In this document: positions 9,407-17,722 of the stretch, piece by piece
Layout of the letters: the number at the start of each line of letters is the position of its first letter
Position numbering within the stretch: position 1 is the stretch's first letter
NCBI GenBank assembly: GCA_964430035.1
Contig: CAYSEL010000077.1
Coordinates: forward strand, 1 to 34,326
Direction: 5' to 3'
From: an uncultured Candidatus Bathyarchaeia archaeon
GTDB lineage: Archaea > Thermoproteota > Bathyarchaeia > Bathyarchaeales > DTEX01
DNA: 34,326 nt
Notes under the pieces: model-generated
What the model was told of the DNA's origin: nothing
Seen by the model: only the letters and a program-made list of their open reading frames with translations
Databases searched by the model: none
Program-made: the position numbers and the translations under genes

Positions 9407-10255
9407 TTGCAGCGAAGATCACTTGTAAAGAAAGCCCAAAAAATTAAAGAAGTAATAGATTTAGTGAAAAGATATCAGGTCATCGGAATATCTGCTTTAC
9501 ACAAGGTTAGGGCGTCTCAACTTCAGGAGATTAGAAAAAAACTTGCTGGAACAGCAACTCTTCAAGTTATCAAAAATTCTCTTGTTGAAAAGGCAGTTTT
9601 AGAATGCAAAGATAAGCCGAACATCGAGATGATTAAGGAGCATTTAAAGGGTTCAAACCTCTTTCTCTTTACAGATCTCAACCCATTCAAACTTACCCTT
9701 CTTCTCGAAAAAAGTAAGGTGAAAGACTTTGCAAAAGCGGGAGACATAGCTACAGAAGACATAATAGTGCCGGCGGGAAATACTGGTCTATCTCCTGGAC
9801 CAGTCATAAGTCAGCTAGGCTCAGTAGGCATCCCCACAAGGATAGAGAGCGGGAGCGTCTGGGTTAGCAGGGACACGATCGTAGCCAAGAAAGGCGAGGT
9901 AATTTCCGAGAGTCTCGCACCAATCCTGTCTAAGCTGGGAATAAAAGCAGTTGAAATGGGACTGACGATTAAGGCAGTTTACGATGGGGGTGCTATCCTA
10001 ACAGAGAACGAGTTGAAGCTGAACTTAGACGAGTATAAAGAAAAAATTGGCGAAGTGTATGCAGAGGCACTAAAACTTTCCTTAAACGCTGCGTACCCGA
10101 CCGATGAGAATATCCAAATGTTGATTCAAGTAGCATTTACTGAGGTTTACAGCCTTGCTCTTAAAGCGGGTATTCCAACTCGTGAAACCATTAGGGACTT
10201 GATAAAGAAAGCCCATTTTGAAGCTCTTGCTTTATACTCTAGAATATCTGCTTAA
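9407..10255 (+). CDS. rplP0: 50S ribosomal stalk protein P0 (L10), C-terminally short form
   Basis: TTG start. The N-terminal L10 fold (KKAQKIKEVIDLVKRYQVIGI) and the PAGNTGLSPGP insertion domain are present. Two helices resemble the P1-dimer binding spine (IQMLIQVAFTEVYSLALKAG, TRETIRDLIKKAHFEALALYSRI). The protein ends at 282 aa with no acidic tail. Confidence 0.85.
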   Translation: MQRRSLVKKAQKIKEVIDLVKRYQVIGISALHKVRASQLQEIRKKLAGTATLQVIKNSLVEKAVLECKDKPNIEMIKEHLKGSNLFLFTDLNPFKLTLLLEKSKVKDFAKAGDIATEDIIVPAGNTGLSPGPVISQLGSVGIPTRIESGSVWVSRDTIVAKKGEVISESLAPILSKLGIKAVEMGLTIKAVYDGGAILTENELKLNLDEYKEKIGEVYAEALKLSLNAAYPTDENIQMLIQVAFTEVYSLALKAGIPTRETIRDLIKKAHFEALALYSRISA

Positions 10256-10282
10256 TCGTAGAGCTCGGATGGAAATTGCATA

Positions 10283-11101
10283 TTATATCTTCTCAATCTT
10301 TAGGTTCATTTTGCTTAGTAAATTGAGAAGCTTTTCTTTGTCGTCACCTTTTATCCCTTTCCAGTCTAGGATAGCTTTTTCAACAGGTTCAACACTCCTA
10401 TTAACGCATTGTCGCAAAATTTCTTCATCTAATTCGCTGACTGCATATTTCGGAATTATGTGCCCAAAAGCAGTATCAGTCTCTAAAGCCATTCTTGTAA
10501 ATTTCATGTTATAGTGAGGCCCGCCGACGCCAATGACCGTTCGATATAGTCTCCGATTTAATGCGGCAGCTAAAGCGCCCCTTGCCACAGCTTCAGCTGC
10601 TGATTTAGACCTCCACTGTTTCGGCGAACTGCCTAACTCAACAAACATGGTCGGTATATCTAGTGATGGACCGTGATGGGTGCATTCGTAAGAGACTTCA
10701 TATTCCAACATCATCTCTTCCTGAGCTTCTTTCATAGCCTTTAAGGCTTCTTTCATAGCGCTGGCTGGAGAGACAGAGATTTTTCTGGGGAGGCCGCCCA
10801 AGGATGCCTCTCCTAGGTTTCCGGGAACATGAACGGAAAGCGTTGGCGTTCCGCTTTCACTTTTATGCCTTGATACGAATATCACGAGTTTCACTTGAGA
10901 CGGAAGGGGAAGAGCCTGCGTGTCCACTGGCTCTTGATTTGTAAAGGAAAGCCTTAAGGTTTCCCCGTTTTCAAGTTTTTTCAGGTATAAAGGATTTCCA
11001 AACAAAGGCTCAGAGATTTTTTCAAAATCATGGGTATTTATGAGGCACTTTGCAATGTTTAGAGATGCTATGTCAACTTTAGATGCAATTATAAGAATCA
11101 T
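10283..11101 (-). CDS. dtdA: D-aminoacyl-tRNA deacylase, archaeal DTD2 type
   Basis: 272 aa. MILIIASKVDIASLNIA N-terminus, then SRHKSESG, ECTHHGPS, ELGSS, GGPHY, FGHIIPKY and DWKG segments that match my recollection of Pyrococcus DTD2. Confidence 0.8.
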   Translation of the reverse strand: MILIIASKVDIASLNIAKCLINTHDFEKISEPLFGNPLYLKKLENGETLRLSFTNQEPVDTQALPLPSQVKLVIFVSRHKSESGTPTLSVHVPGNLGEASLGGLPRKISVSPASAMKEALKAMKEAQEEMMLEYEVSYECTHHGPSLDIPTMFVELGSSPKQWRSKSAAEAVARGALAAALNRRLYRTVIGVGGPHYNMKFTRMALETDTAFGHIIPKYAVSELDEEILRQCVNRSVEPVEKAILDWKGIKGDDKEKLLNLLSKMNLKIEKI

Positions 11102-11210
11102 TAGTAACTCTTTCCTTCGAGGCTAAAAAGCTTATATTTTTTCCCTTACGATGTACAAGTCACTCCGCAAATACGATTGGGCTTCCTATTTTTAATTGGA
11201 TAATCTTTAG

Positions 11211-11435
11211 TTAGGCTTCTGCCAGAGTTTCACTGCTCCTAACACCATCTACCTCGTTAATTTCGCCCGTTATCTTTCTTAGTTCTTTGTAGTCTTCAAC
11301 TTCGACAAAGACAACGATGTCGAATCTTCCATAGGAAAGATATGCTTTTCGAACCCCCTTGATTGCGCTAACCTTGCTTAGAATCGTTTCAGCCTTTGTA
11401 GGTACAATCTTCAATAATACACATGCGTTAAGCAT
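11211..11435 (-). CDS. stand-alone Lrp/AsnC-type ligand-binding (RAM) domain protein
   Basis: 74 aa with a beta-alpha-beta-beta-alpha-beta RAM-like pattern (ACVLLKIVPTKAE...IKGVRKAYLSYGRFDIVVFVEV...VDGVRSSETL). No helix-turn-helix (HTH) DNA-binding domain. Confidence 0.65.
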   Translation of the reverse strand: MLNACVLLKIVPTKAETILSKVSAIKGVRKAYLSYGRFDIVVFVEVEDYKELRKITGEINEVDGVRSSETLAEA

Positions 11436-11451
11436 AGTTTGGTTCCTCCAG

Positions 11452-11682
11452 CTATTGTTTAATTTCGACGAGGGTTTCTGTGAATACGACTCCAGCCATT
11501 TTTCCTATTCTAAGGACGGTGGATTGAAGTTCTGAAAAATCTAAATCATTGAGGTCAACGACAACATCGAATCTTCCCAAAACTGGAAATACTCTTTGAA
11601 CGCCCTTAATTTGACGAATCATCCTAACGACTTCCTCAAATTTTCCATGAGAAGTTCTTATCAGAACGCATGCTGAGACCAT
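11452..11682 (-). CDS. stand-alone Lrp/AsnC-type ligand-binding (RAM) domain protein (paralog)
   Basis: Same pattern (ACVLIRTSHGKFE...IKGVQRVFPVLGRFDVVVDL...MAGVVFTETL). Start placed at ATG 11682. The track ORF extends to 11715. Confidence 0.6.
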   Translation of the reverse strand: MVSACVLIRTSHGKFEEVVRMIRQIKGVQRVFPVLGRFDVVVDLNDLDFSELQSTVLRIGKMAGVVFTETLVEIKQ

Positions 11683-11893
11683 AAACAATTCCCTCAACAA
11701 GATAATAGATGACATGAATATTAATTAATGTTGTTATCGTTTCGCAGATTTCAAATCTTTAATCTGAAGAAGTTTCAATTTAATGGGCTCAAAAAATATC
11801 GGATGTACATAAACATTAACGATTTTATTAGCGCAAACTTTAAATAAAAACGAATGTCTTCCTTGATAGTCAATACTTTGGAAGGCTAACCTG

Positions 11894-12364
11894 ATGGCTG
11901 AAGAGTTTAAACACATCGTCCGCTTAGCAGGAAAAGATTTGGACGGAACACTAAAAGTAGCGTATGCTCTGACAAAAATTAAAGGGATAAATATTCGCCT
12001 TGCAAATGCTATAGTAAACAAGGCTGAAATCCCCTCCGAAAAACGCCTAGGCTTTCTTTTAGATACTGAAATAAAAAAATTGGAAGAAATAGTAAAAAAC
12101 GTGCAAGATTATGACTTTCCTTCTTGGCTTCTGAACTATCGCAAGAACCCCGAGACGGGTGAGGATACTCATCTCATCACTTCAGACCTTGATCTTCAAA
12201 TAAAAACTAACATTGAGAAGATGAAAGAGATCAGATCATGGCGCGGATATCGCCACGCTTATGGACTCAAGGTGAGGGGGCAGAAGACAAGAACTACTGG
12301 CAGAAAAGGAAAAGCCGTAGGTGTGAAGAAGAAAAAGGAGGTGCGTCCTGCTGGGAGATCCTAG
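11894..12364 (+). CDS. rps13: 30S ribosomal protein S13
   Basis: [19 protein letters not shown]-terminus, SWRGYRH, and a basic C-terminus. A TTTAAATA TATA-like box lies at 11839-11846. Confidence 0.9.
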   Translation: MAEEFKHIVRLAGKDLDGTLKVAYALTKIKGINIRLANAIVNKAEIPSEKRLGFLLDTEIKKLEEIVKNVQDYDFPSWLLNYRKNPETGEDTHLITSDLDLQIKTNIEKMKEIRSWRGYRHAYGLKVRGQKTRTTGRKGKAVGVKKKKEVRPAGRS

Positions 12365-12899
12365 AAGACAAAAAAAGAAATATGAGACCCCTAAATTTCC
12401 TTGGCGGTCAGATATCTTAGAGAGCGAGCTTAGGCTTCTCGGCGAGTATGGCTTAAGGAATAAAGTTGAGCTTTGGCGCCATAAGACAATGCTCTCAAAA
12501 TTTCGAGGTATAGCTAGATCTCTGTTAAGCATGCCTGCATCTGAAAGAGTAGTAGCTGAATCTACCCTTCTTATGAAACTAAAGCACCTTGGGGTTCTTC
12601 CTGAAGAAGCCACCTTGGATAATGTTCTTGATCTATCAGTGGAGGATATTCTTGAAAGAAGGCTTCAGACACTCGTACTTAGGAGGGGCTTGGCTAAAAC
12701 AATACATCAAGCCCGACAATTGATCACTCATGGCCATATTGCCATAGGCGAGAAAAGAGTTTTTTCACCCAGCTATCTCGTTCCAAAGGAAGAAGAGGAA
12801 CGTATCCAATATGCGCCAGTCAGCCCATTAACCAGAGAAGATCATCCATTAAGGCAATCTATAGAAGTTGTTGCGGGCGGAGAAAAAGGAAATGAGTAA
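12351..12899 (+). CDS. rps4: 30S ribosomal protein S4 (apparent CTG start)
   Basis: The track ORF starts at ATG 12489 (MLSKFRG...). The same frame is open from 12327 and encodes the conserved S4 N-terminus [45 protein letters not shown]. There is no ATG, GTG or TTG between the stop at 12324-12326 and the GDPRR codons. CTG 12351 occupies the position of the usual Met and lies 7 nt after a perfect GGAGGTG SD (12337-12343). Confidence 0.8.
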   Translation: MGDPRRQKKKYETPKFPWRSDILESELRLLGEYGLRNKVELWRHKTMLSKFRGIARSLLSMPASERVVAESTLLMKLKHLGVLPEEATLDNVLDLSVEDILERRLQTLVLRRGLAKTIHQARQLITHGHIAIGEKRVFSPSYLVPKEEEERIQYAPVSPLTREDHPLRQSIEVVAGGEKGNE

Positions 12900-13290
12900 G
12901 AAAGATGAAAGATGGGGAGTAGTCCATATTTACAGTTCATATAATAATACGATAGTTCATATCACAGACCTTTCAGGAGCAGAAACGATTGCAAGGGCTT
13001 GCGGCGGCATGTTCGTCAAAGCTGATAGGTTAGAGTCGTCGCCATACGCTGCCATGAGGGCAGCAGCCCACGCTGCAAGCATAGCGAAGGATAAGGGAAT
13101 AACAGCAATTCATATAAAAGTGCGTGCACCAGGTGGTTCAGGCGCAAGGACACCAGGGCCTGGCGCTCAAGCTGCGATACGCGCTCTTGCACGTGCTGGT
13201 TTTAAGACGATAGGACGTATAGAAGAAGTCACTCCCTTGCCTCATGACGGAACGAGGCGTAAAGGTGGACGAAGAGGACGAAGAGTCTAA
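12892..13290 (+). CDS. rps11: 30S ribosomal protein S11
   Basis: [19 protein letters not shown] and RAPGGSG...[15 protein letters not shown] motifs. ATG 12892 overlaps the S4 stop by 8 nt. The track begins at 12868. Confidence 0.9.
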   Translation: MSKKDERWGVVHIYSSYNNTIVHITDLSGAETIARACGGMFVKADRLESSPYAAMRAAAHAASIAKDKGITAIHIKVRAPGGSGARTPGPGAQAAIRALARAGFKTIGRIEEVTPLPHDGTRRKGGRRGRRV

Positions 13291-13412
13291 GCCTTTAAAT
13301 GAATTAAGGAAAAATTATTTTGACTTTTCAAGGGAAAAGTTGAAATAGGTCTCTCTTCTTTATGAAAAAAACCTAAATTGAGACATCGCATTCCGCTAAG
13401 AGGATTTGGGTG

Positions 13413-14252
13413 ATGAGTATTCGAATAATTGAGAAAGATGAGGATTTTATACGGTTTCGGGTGGATGGCATAACTGTTCCTTTGGCTAATACTTTACGTA
13501 GAATCATTTATGCGGAAGTTCCCATAATGGCTATTGAGGACATTGTAGTAATTGAGAATTCATCTGTTCTTCACGACGAAATCTTGGGGTTAAGGCTGGG
13601 ACTTATCCCTCTTAAGACGGATCTTGACGTTTATAATCTTCCAGAGGAATGTGTCTGTAAGAGCGAACTTGGGTGTCACCTTTGCCGGGTGGTTCTAACA
13701 TTGGATGTTCAGGCCGAAGATGAGGTTAAAATTGTGTACTCCAGAGATTTGGTGTCTGAGGATCCTAAGATAGTGCCCGTAAGTGATAAAATACCAATCG
13801 TAAAACTAGCTCCTGGTCAAAGGGTCAGAGTGGAAGCATACGCGAAGCTAGGAAAAGGAAAAGTTCATGCGAAGTGGCAACCAGTATCTGCTTGCACTTA
13901 CAGGCATGTACCTATCATCGATATAGACCAGTCTATTTGCGACCAGTGTGGAGCATGCGTTAATATTTGTTCAAGAAAAGTATTAGAAAAGGATAAAAGA
14001 GCCGTGAAAGTAGCAAATTTAATTAATTGTATCTTATGTGAGGATTGCATTAAAGCATGCCCAAAAACTCCCTCAGCGATAAATGTAAGCAAAAAAGACG
14101 ATTCCTTCATTTTCTATGTGGAGTCTACAGGAGCGCTTCCAGTTGAACGGATAATATTTGAAGCTTTTAAGATTTATGAGAAAAAGTTCTCTGAGTTTAT
14201 GAGTAGACTTGTGGAGATTGGAAATGAACCCAAAGAAGCTGAGAAGTACTAA
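13413..14252 (+). CDS. rpoD: DNA-directed RNA polymerase subunit D (Rpo3) with ferredoxin-like 2x[4Fe-4S] domain
   Basis: Dimerisation-domain N-terminus (FIRFRVDGITVPLANTLRRI) plus two complete cluster motifs, CDQCGACVNIC and CILCEDCIKACP. ATG 13413 immediately follows GTG 13410. Confidence 0.85.
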   Translation: MSIRIIEKDEDFIRFRVDGITVPLANTLRRIIYAEVPIMAIEDIVVIENSSVLHDEILGLRLGLIPLKTDLDVYNLPEECVCKSELGCHLCRVVLTLDVQAEDEVKIVYSRDLVSEDPKIVPVSDKIPIVKLAPGQRVRVEAYAKLGKGKVHAKWQPVSACTYRHVPIIDIDQSICDQCGACVNICSRKVLEKDKRAVKVANLINCILCEDCIKACPKTPSAINVSKKDDSFIFYVESTGALPVERIIFEAFKIYEKKFSEFMSRLVEIGNEPKEAEKY

Positions 14253-14592
14253 CCCTCATTTTATAAGACTAATCCGCTTGCTAAGAAAGAAGTCTAGAGA
14301 AAACAATGTGGCAATATGGAGAGATGTAGCTGAGCGGCTTTCTAAACCTAGAAGAAAACGTATAGCAGTAAATATAAGCAAACTGAACCGTTACACCAAA
14401 GAAAACGAAGAAGTGTTGGTGCCTGGAAAAGTTTTAGGCGCAGGCGGTATCGACCATCCAGTAACGGTCGCGGCACTTGACTTTTCAGATAAGGCTAGGT
14501 TAAAGATACTTACAGCTAAAGGAAAGTGCCTATCTATCCCTGAGTTGACAGAGATGAACCCTAAGGGCTCAAAAGTTAAGATAATTGGGTGA
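14224..14592 (+). CDS. rpl18e: 50S ribosomal protein L18e
   Basis: TNPHFIRLIRLL...IAVNISKLNRY...VLVPGKVLGAG pattern. ATG 14224 is chosen. TTG 14209 and 14218 are alternatives. Overlaps the rpoD 3' end. Confidence 0.85.
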   Translation: MNPKKLRSTNPHFIRLIRLLRKKSRENNVAIWRDVAERLSKPRRKRIAVNISKLNRYTKENEEVLVPGKVLGAGGIDHPVTVAALDFSDKARLKILTAKGKCLSIPELTEMNPKGSKVKIIG

Positions 14593-15035
14593 AGCATATG
14601 AGTGGGACAGGTGAAAAAGCCACAATAATTGACGCGAATAACCTCATATTAGGAAGAATGGCTAGTATAGTAGCTAAGAGATTGCTTAACGGTGAAAGAG
14701 TGGTGATTGTGAACGCTGAGAAGGCTGTCATCTCCGGAAAAAGGCTGAGTGTCATTCAACAATCGAAAAGGTTTCTTGAGGTTGGTCATTACAGGAAAGG
14801 ACCTTTACACCCAAGAAGACCAGATAACATAGTCAAAAAGGTCGTTAGGGGAATGCTTCCACGAAAGAAGCCTCATGGAATTGATGCCTTAAAAAGGTTG
14901 AAGGTCTATATTGGTATTCCAACAGAATTTGAAAATCTTGAAAAAGAAACTATCGAAGAGGCTGATGCGAAAAAACTGAGAGGTTCATATGTAACAGTCT
15001 CAGAAGTGGCGCGTAGCATAGGATGGAAAGGATAG
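14589..15035 (+). CDS. rpl13: 50S ribosomal protein L13
   Basis: IIDANNLILGRMASIVAKRLLNGERVVIVNAE is a typical L13 N-terminus. GTG 14589 overlaps the L18e stop. ATG 14598 is an alternative. Confidence 0.85.
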   Translation: MKHMSGTGEKATIIDANNLILGRMASIVAKRLLNGERVVIVNAEKAVISGKRLSVIQQSKRFLEVGHYRKGPLHPRRPDNIVKKVVRGMLPRKKPHGIDALKRLKVYIGIPTEFENLEKETIEEADAKKLRGSYVTVSEVARSIGWKG

Positions 15036-15455
15036 GTGCATGAAATGACTGATGCAAAGAAGGTCTTAGTTGTTAGCGGAAAACGCAAGACATCAATTGT
15101 AAAAGCAATAATTAAACCTGGAATTGGCAGAGTTAAGATAAATAAGATTCCATTGGAAATATTCGAGCCTCAAATAGCCCGCGAAAAGATCTATGAACCA
15201 CTTTTATTGGCTGGAGACACTTGGAAAAAGTTAGATATCGACATTAAAACGAAAGGTGGCGGCTTCATGGGTCAAGCAGAAGCCGCACGTATGGCACTTG
15301 CAAGGGGGCTGGTGAAATGGACAAAGAGTTCTCATCTGAGAACAGCACTTACGAAATATGATAGAACAATGATTGCAGGTGATCCTAGGCAGAAAGAACC
15401 AAGGAAGTTTGGTGGTCCAGGCGCAAGGGCTCGTGATCAGAAGAGTTATAGGTGA
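15036..15455 (+). CDS. rps9: 30S ribosomal protein S9
   Basis: SGKRKTSIVKAIIKPGIGRVKIN and a C-terminal PRQKEPRKFGGPGARARDQKSYR. GTG 15036 or ATG 15045. Confidence 0.85.
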   Translation: MHEMTDAKKVLVVSGKRKTSIVKAIIKPGIGRVKINKIPLEIFEPQIAREKIYEPLLLAGDTWKKLDIDIKTKGGGFMGQAEAARMALARGLVKWTKSSHLRTALTKYDRTMIAGDPRQKEPRKFGGPGARARDQKSYR

Positions 15456-15476
15456 AAATGCGAATTAGAGGCATAG

Positions 15477-15716
15477 TTGAGCGAGGGATCAAAAACGATT
15501 ATACCTGTAAGATGCTTCACTTGTGGCAAAATGATTGGTGACAAATGGGAGGAATACGTGAGGAAAGTCAAGGAAGGAGAACCACCCGGAAAGGTTCTTG
15601 ACGATTTAGGAATCAAACGTTATTGTTGCCGTCGAATGTTTCTCTCTCATGTCGAGATAATAGATGAAATAATAAAGTTTTATGAAAAAGCAAAGATAGA
15701 GAATGAAGAGGAATGA
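15477..15716 (+). CDS. rpoN: DNA-directed RNA polymerase subunit N (Rpo10)
   Basis: [11 protein letters not shown]...RYCCRRM zinc motif. TTG start, with no in-frame ATG upstream of the motif. Only 6 nt separate its stop from eno, so no rpoK sits here. Confidence 0.85.
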   Translation: MSEGSKTIIPVRCFTCGKMIGDKWEEYVRKVKEGEPPGKVLDDLGIKRYCCRRMFLSHVEIIDEIIKFYEKAKIENEEE

Positions 15717-15722
15717 GGTGGA

Positions 15723-16976
15723 ATGTCTACTCTCATCGAGGATGTGACAGCCCGTAAGATAATAAACAGCCGAGGAGATGCCACGATTGAGGTTGATGTG
15801 ATAACGACTGAAGGATTCGGAAGGGCATCTGCTCCCAGCGGTGCAAGCACTGGAAGAGCGGAGGTTGTGCCCTTTCCAGAGGGTGGCGTTGAAGAGGCGG
15901 TAAGAAAAGTTGAGGAGCTTATCGCCCAGGAAATAATCGGATTGTATGCTGATGAGCAAGAAGAGATTGATAGGCTTCTCCATGAACTTGATGGAACGGA
16001 AAATTTCAAGAATATCGGCGGAAACACCGCGTTTGCAGTCTCGTTGGCTGTTGCTGACGCAGCGGCAGACTCCTATGGCCTTCCGTTATTCCAATACCTT
16101 GGTGGCTTCTTAGCTTCTGATCTTCCATATCCATTAGGAAATGTTCTTGGCGGTGGAAAACATGCTTTAGGAAAGGCGCCGGATATCCAAGAGTTCTTAG
16201 TTCTCCCAGTCGGCGCTGAGTCTTTTTCCAACGCGGTGGAAGCCAATGTTGCAGTCCACAAAAAATTGAAGAGTCTCTTAAAAAAGGTGGATTCAACTTT
16301 TACTGGCGGAAAAGGGGATGAAGGAGCTTGGGCGCCAAATATTTCTAACGACGAAGCTCTTGAAGTAGTTTTCACAGCCTGCAAAGAAGTCTCAGAAGAG
16401 ATCGGTTTCTCTTGCAGAGTTGGCGTAGATTTGGCTTCTTCCTCGCTCTGGGATCCAAAGAAGAGATGTTATGTCTATGCGAGGGACGATTTAACTCGAG
16501 ACACAGGTGAACAGTTAGATTATATTCTAGGACTTATAGAGAAGTATAACATTGTTTACGTTGAGGATCCCTTTCACGAAGACGATTTCGAGAGCTTTAA
16601 GGAACTAACCTCAAAAGCTCACGGATGTCTAATATGCGGCGACGACTTGTTCGTAACCAACGTGAAGAGGTTGAGGCAAGGTATAGAATGCCACGCCGGA
16701 AACGCGATCATAATCAAAATGAACCAGGTCGGAACGTTCACTGATACTTTGGAAACTACCCGTCTAGCAAAGGAGAACGGTTATGTTACAGTCGTCTCCC
16801 ACAGGTCCGGAGAAACTTCTTCTTCACATATCTCCCATTTGGCAGTTGCCCTTAACGCCCCTATTATCAAGACTGGAGTTGTCGGTGGAGAAAGAATCGC
16901 CAAACTAAATGAGCTTGTACGCATTGAGGAGATAATCGGGGAAAGAGCGCGGATGGCTAAACTTAGAATAATATGA
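15723..16976 (+). CDS. eno: enolase
   Basis: 417 aa with RGDATIEVDV, GGKHA, DDLFVTN, IKMNQVGT and SHRSGET motifs. Confidence 0.9.
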   Translation: MSTLIEDVTARKIINSRGDATIEVDVITTEGFGRASAPSGASTGRAEVVPFPEGGVEEAVRKVEELIAQEIIGLYADEQEEIDRLLHELDGTENFKNIGGNTAFAVSLAVADAAADSYGLPLFQYLGGFLASDLPYPLGNVLGGGKHALGKAPDIQEFLVLPVGAESFSNAVEANVAVHKKLKSLLKKVDSTFTGGKGDEGAWAPNISNDEALEVVFTACKEVSEEIGFSCRVGVDLASSSLWDPKKRCYVYARDDLTRDTGEQLDYILGLIEKYNIVYVEDPFHEDDFESFKELTSKAHGCLICGDDLFVTNVKRLRQGIECHAGNAIIIKMNQVGTFTDTLETTRLAKENGYVTVVSHRSGETSSSHISHLAVALNAPIIKTGVVGGERIAKLNELVRIEEIIGERARMAKLRII

Positions 16977-16990
16977 AGGTGGGAAATTAA

Positions 16991-17644
16991 GTGTCTGAGA
17001 AAGTCGAGGTAGAATCTTCTGCACCCGTAATAGAAGGTTTGTTACTCTCCCAAGACATTCTACTTTCAGCAGGGATACATATAGGAACAAAGATAAAGAC
17101 GAAAGACATGGAGCCCTTCATTTATAAAGTCAGAGGCGACGGGCTCTTCGTACTAGACGTGAAGAAAACGGATGAACGGATAAGGATAGCAGCCAAATTT
17201 TTATCACGTTTTGAGCCCTCAAAGATAGCAGCTGTCGCAGCAAGGTTGTACGCGCAAGAACCTGCAAAAAAGTTCTGTGAAGTCGTTAGAGCGGTCCCCA
17301 TAACGGGGCGATTCATTCCGGGCATGCTTCTTAATCCGATATTTCCGAACCGTGTTGAGCCAGATGTGATTCTCGTCTCCGACCCAAAAGCTGATTTTCA
17401 AGCTGTGAAGGAAGCCTCGAGTTTAGGAATTCCGGTTGTAGCTCTATGCAGTACAGATAATGACTTTACAAATATTGACCTAAGTATACCTACAAACAAT
17501 AAGGGCAGAAGAGCTTTAGCCGTGATCTACTGGCTTCTCGCAAGGCAAATTCTACGTGAGAGAGGCGAAATTTCACCTGATGGTGAAATACCACTCTCAA
17601 TCGAGGATTTCGAAGTTAAGGTAGTGGAAAAAACAGAGCAGTAA
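16991..17644 (+). CDS. rps2: 30S ribosomal protein S2
   Basis: GTG start. LLSAGIHIGTK, PDVILVSDP and IPVVALCSTDN motifs, in the canonical position after eno. Confidence 0.9.
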   Translation: MSEKVEVESSAPVIEGLLLSQDILLSAGIHIGTKIKTKDMEPFIYKVRGDGLFVLDVKKTDERIRIAAKFLSRFEPSKIAAVAARLYAQEPAKKFCEVVRAVPITGRFIPGMLLNPIFPNRVEPDVILVSDPKADFQAVKEASSLGIPVVALCSTDNDFTNIDLSIPTNNKGRRALAVIYWLLARQILRERGEISPDGEIPLSIEDFEVKVVEKTEQ

Positions 17645-17722
17645 CTTAGGCCCACGTAACTAAAGGTGTCTCTCCTCAGTTTTAGACGCATTTATATTTT
17701 TGATTAAACAAATATTCCTTGT

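Noticed and set aside
8102-9422. Antisense ORFs over L11 and L1 (8102-8431, 8687-9169, 9015-9422), and similar ones over P0, eno, S2, the Memo-like gene, ipk, idi2, gltX, pheST, fen1 and lig
   Set aside because: Each lies fully inside a well-supported gene on the other strand, with no motifs. They are typical shadow frames.
11734-12021. 95-aa minus-strand ORF spanning the S13 promoter and 5' end
   Set aside because: It overlaps the S13 start by 128 nt in antisense and covers the AT-rich divergent promoter region. Its sequence is hydrophobic and basic low-complexity. Judged spurious.
12489-12899. ATG 12489 as the S4 start, as in the ORF track
   Set aside because: It would delete 46 conserved N-terminal residues that are encoded in frame immediately upstream.
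15717-15722. Expected rpoK (Rpo6) gene between rpoN and eno
   Set aside because: Only 6 nt separate rpoN from eno, so rpoK is not here. Its absence from this position is lineage-variable as far as I know and not informative on its own.
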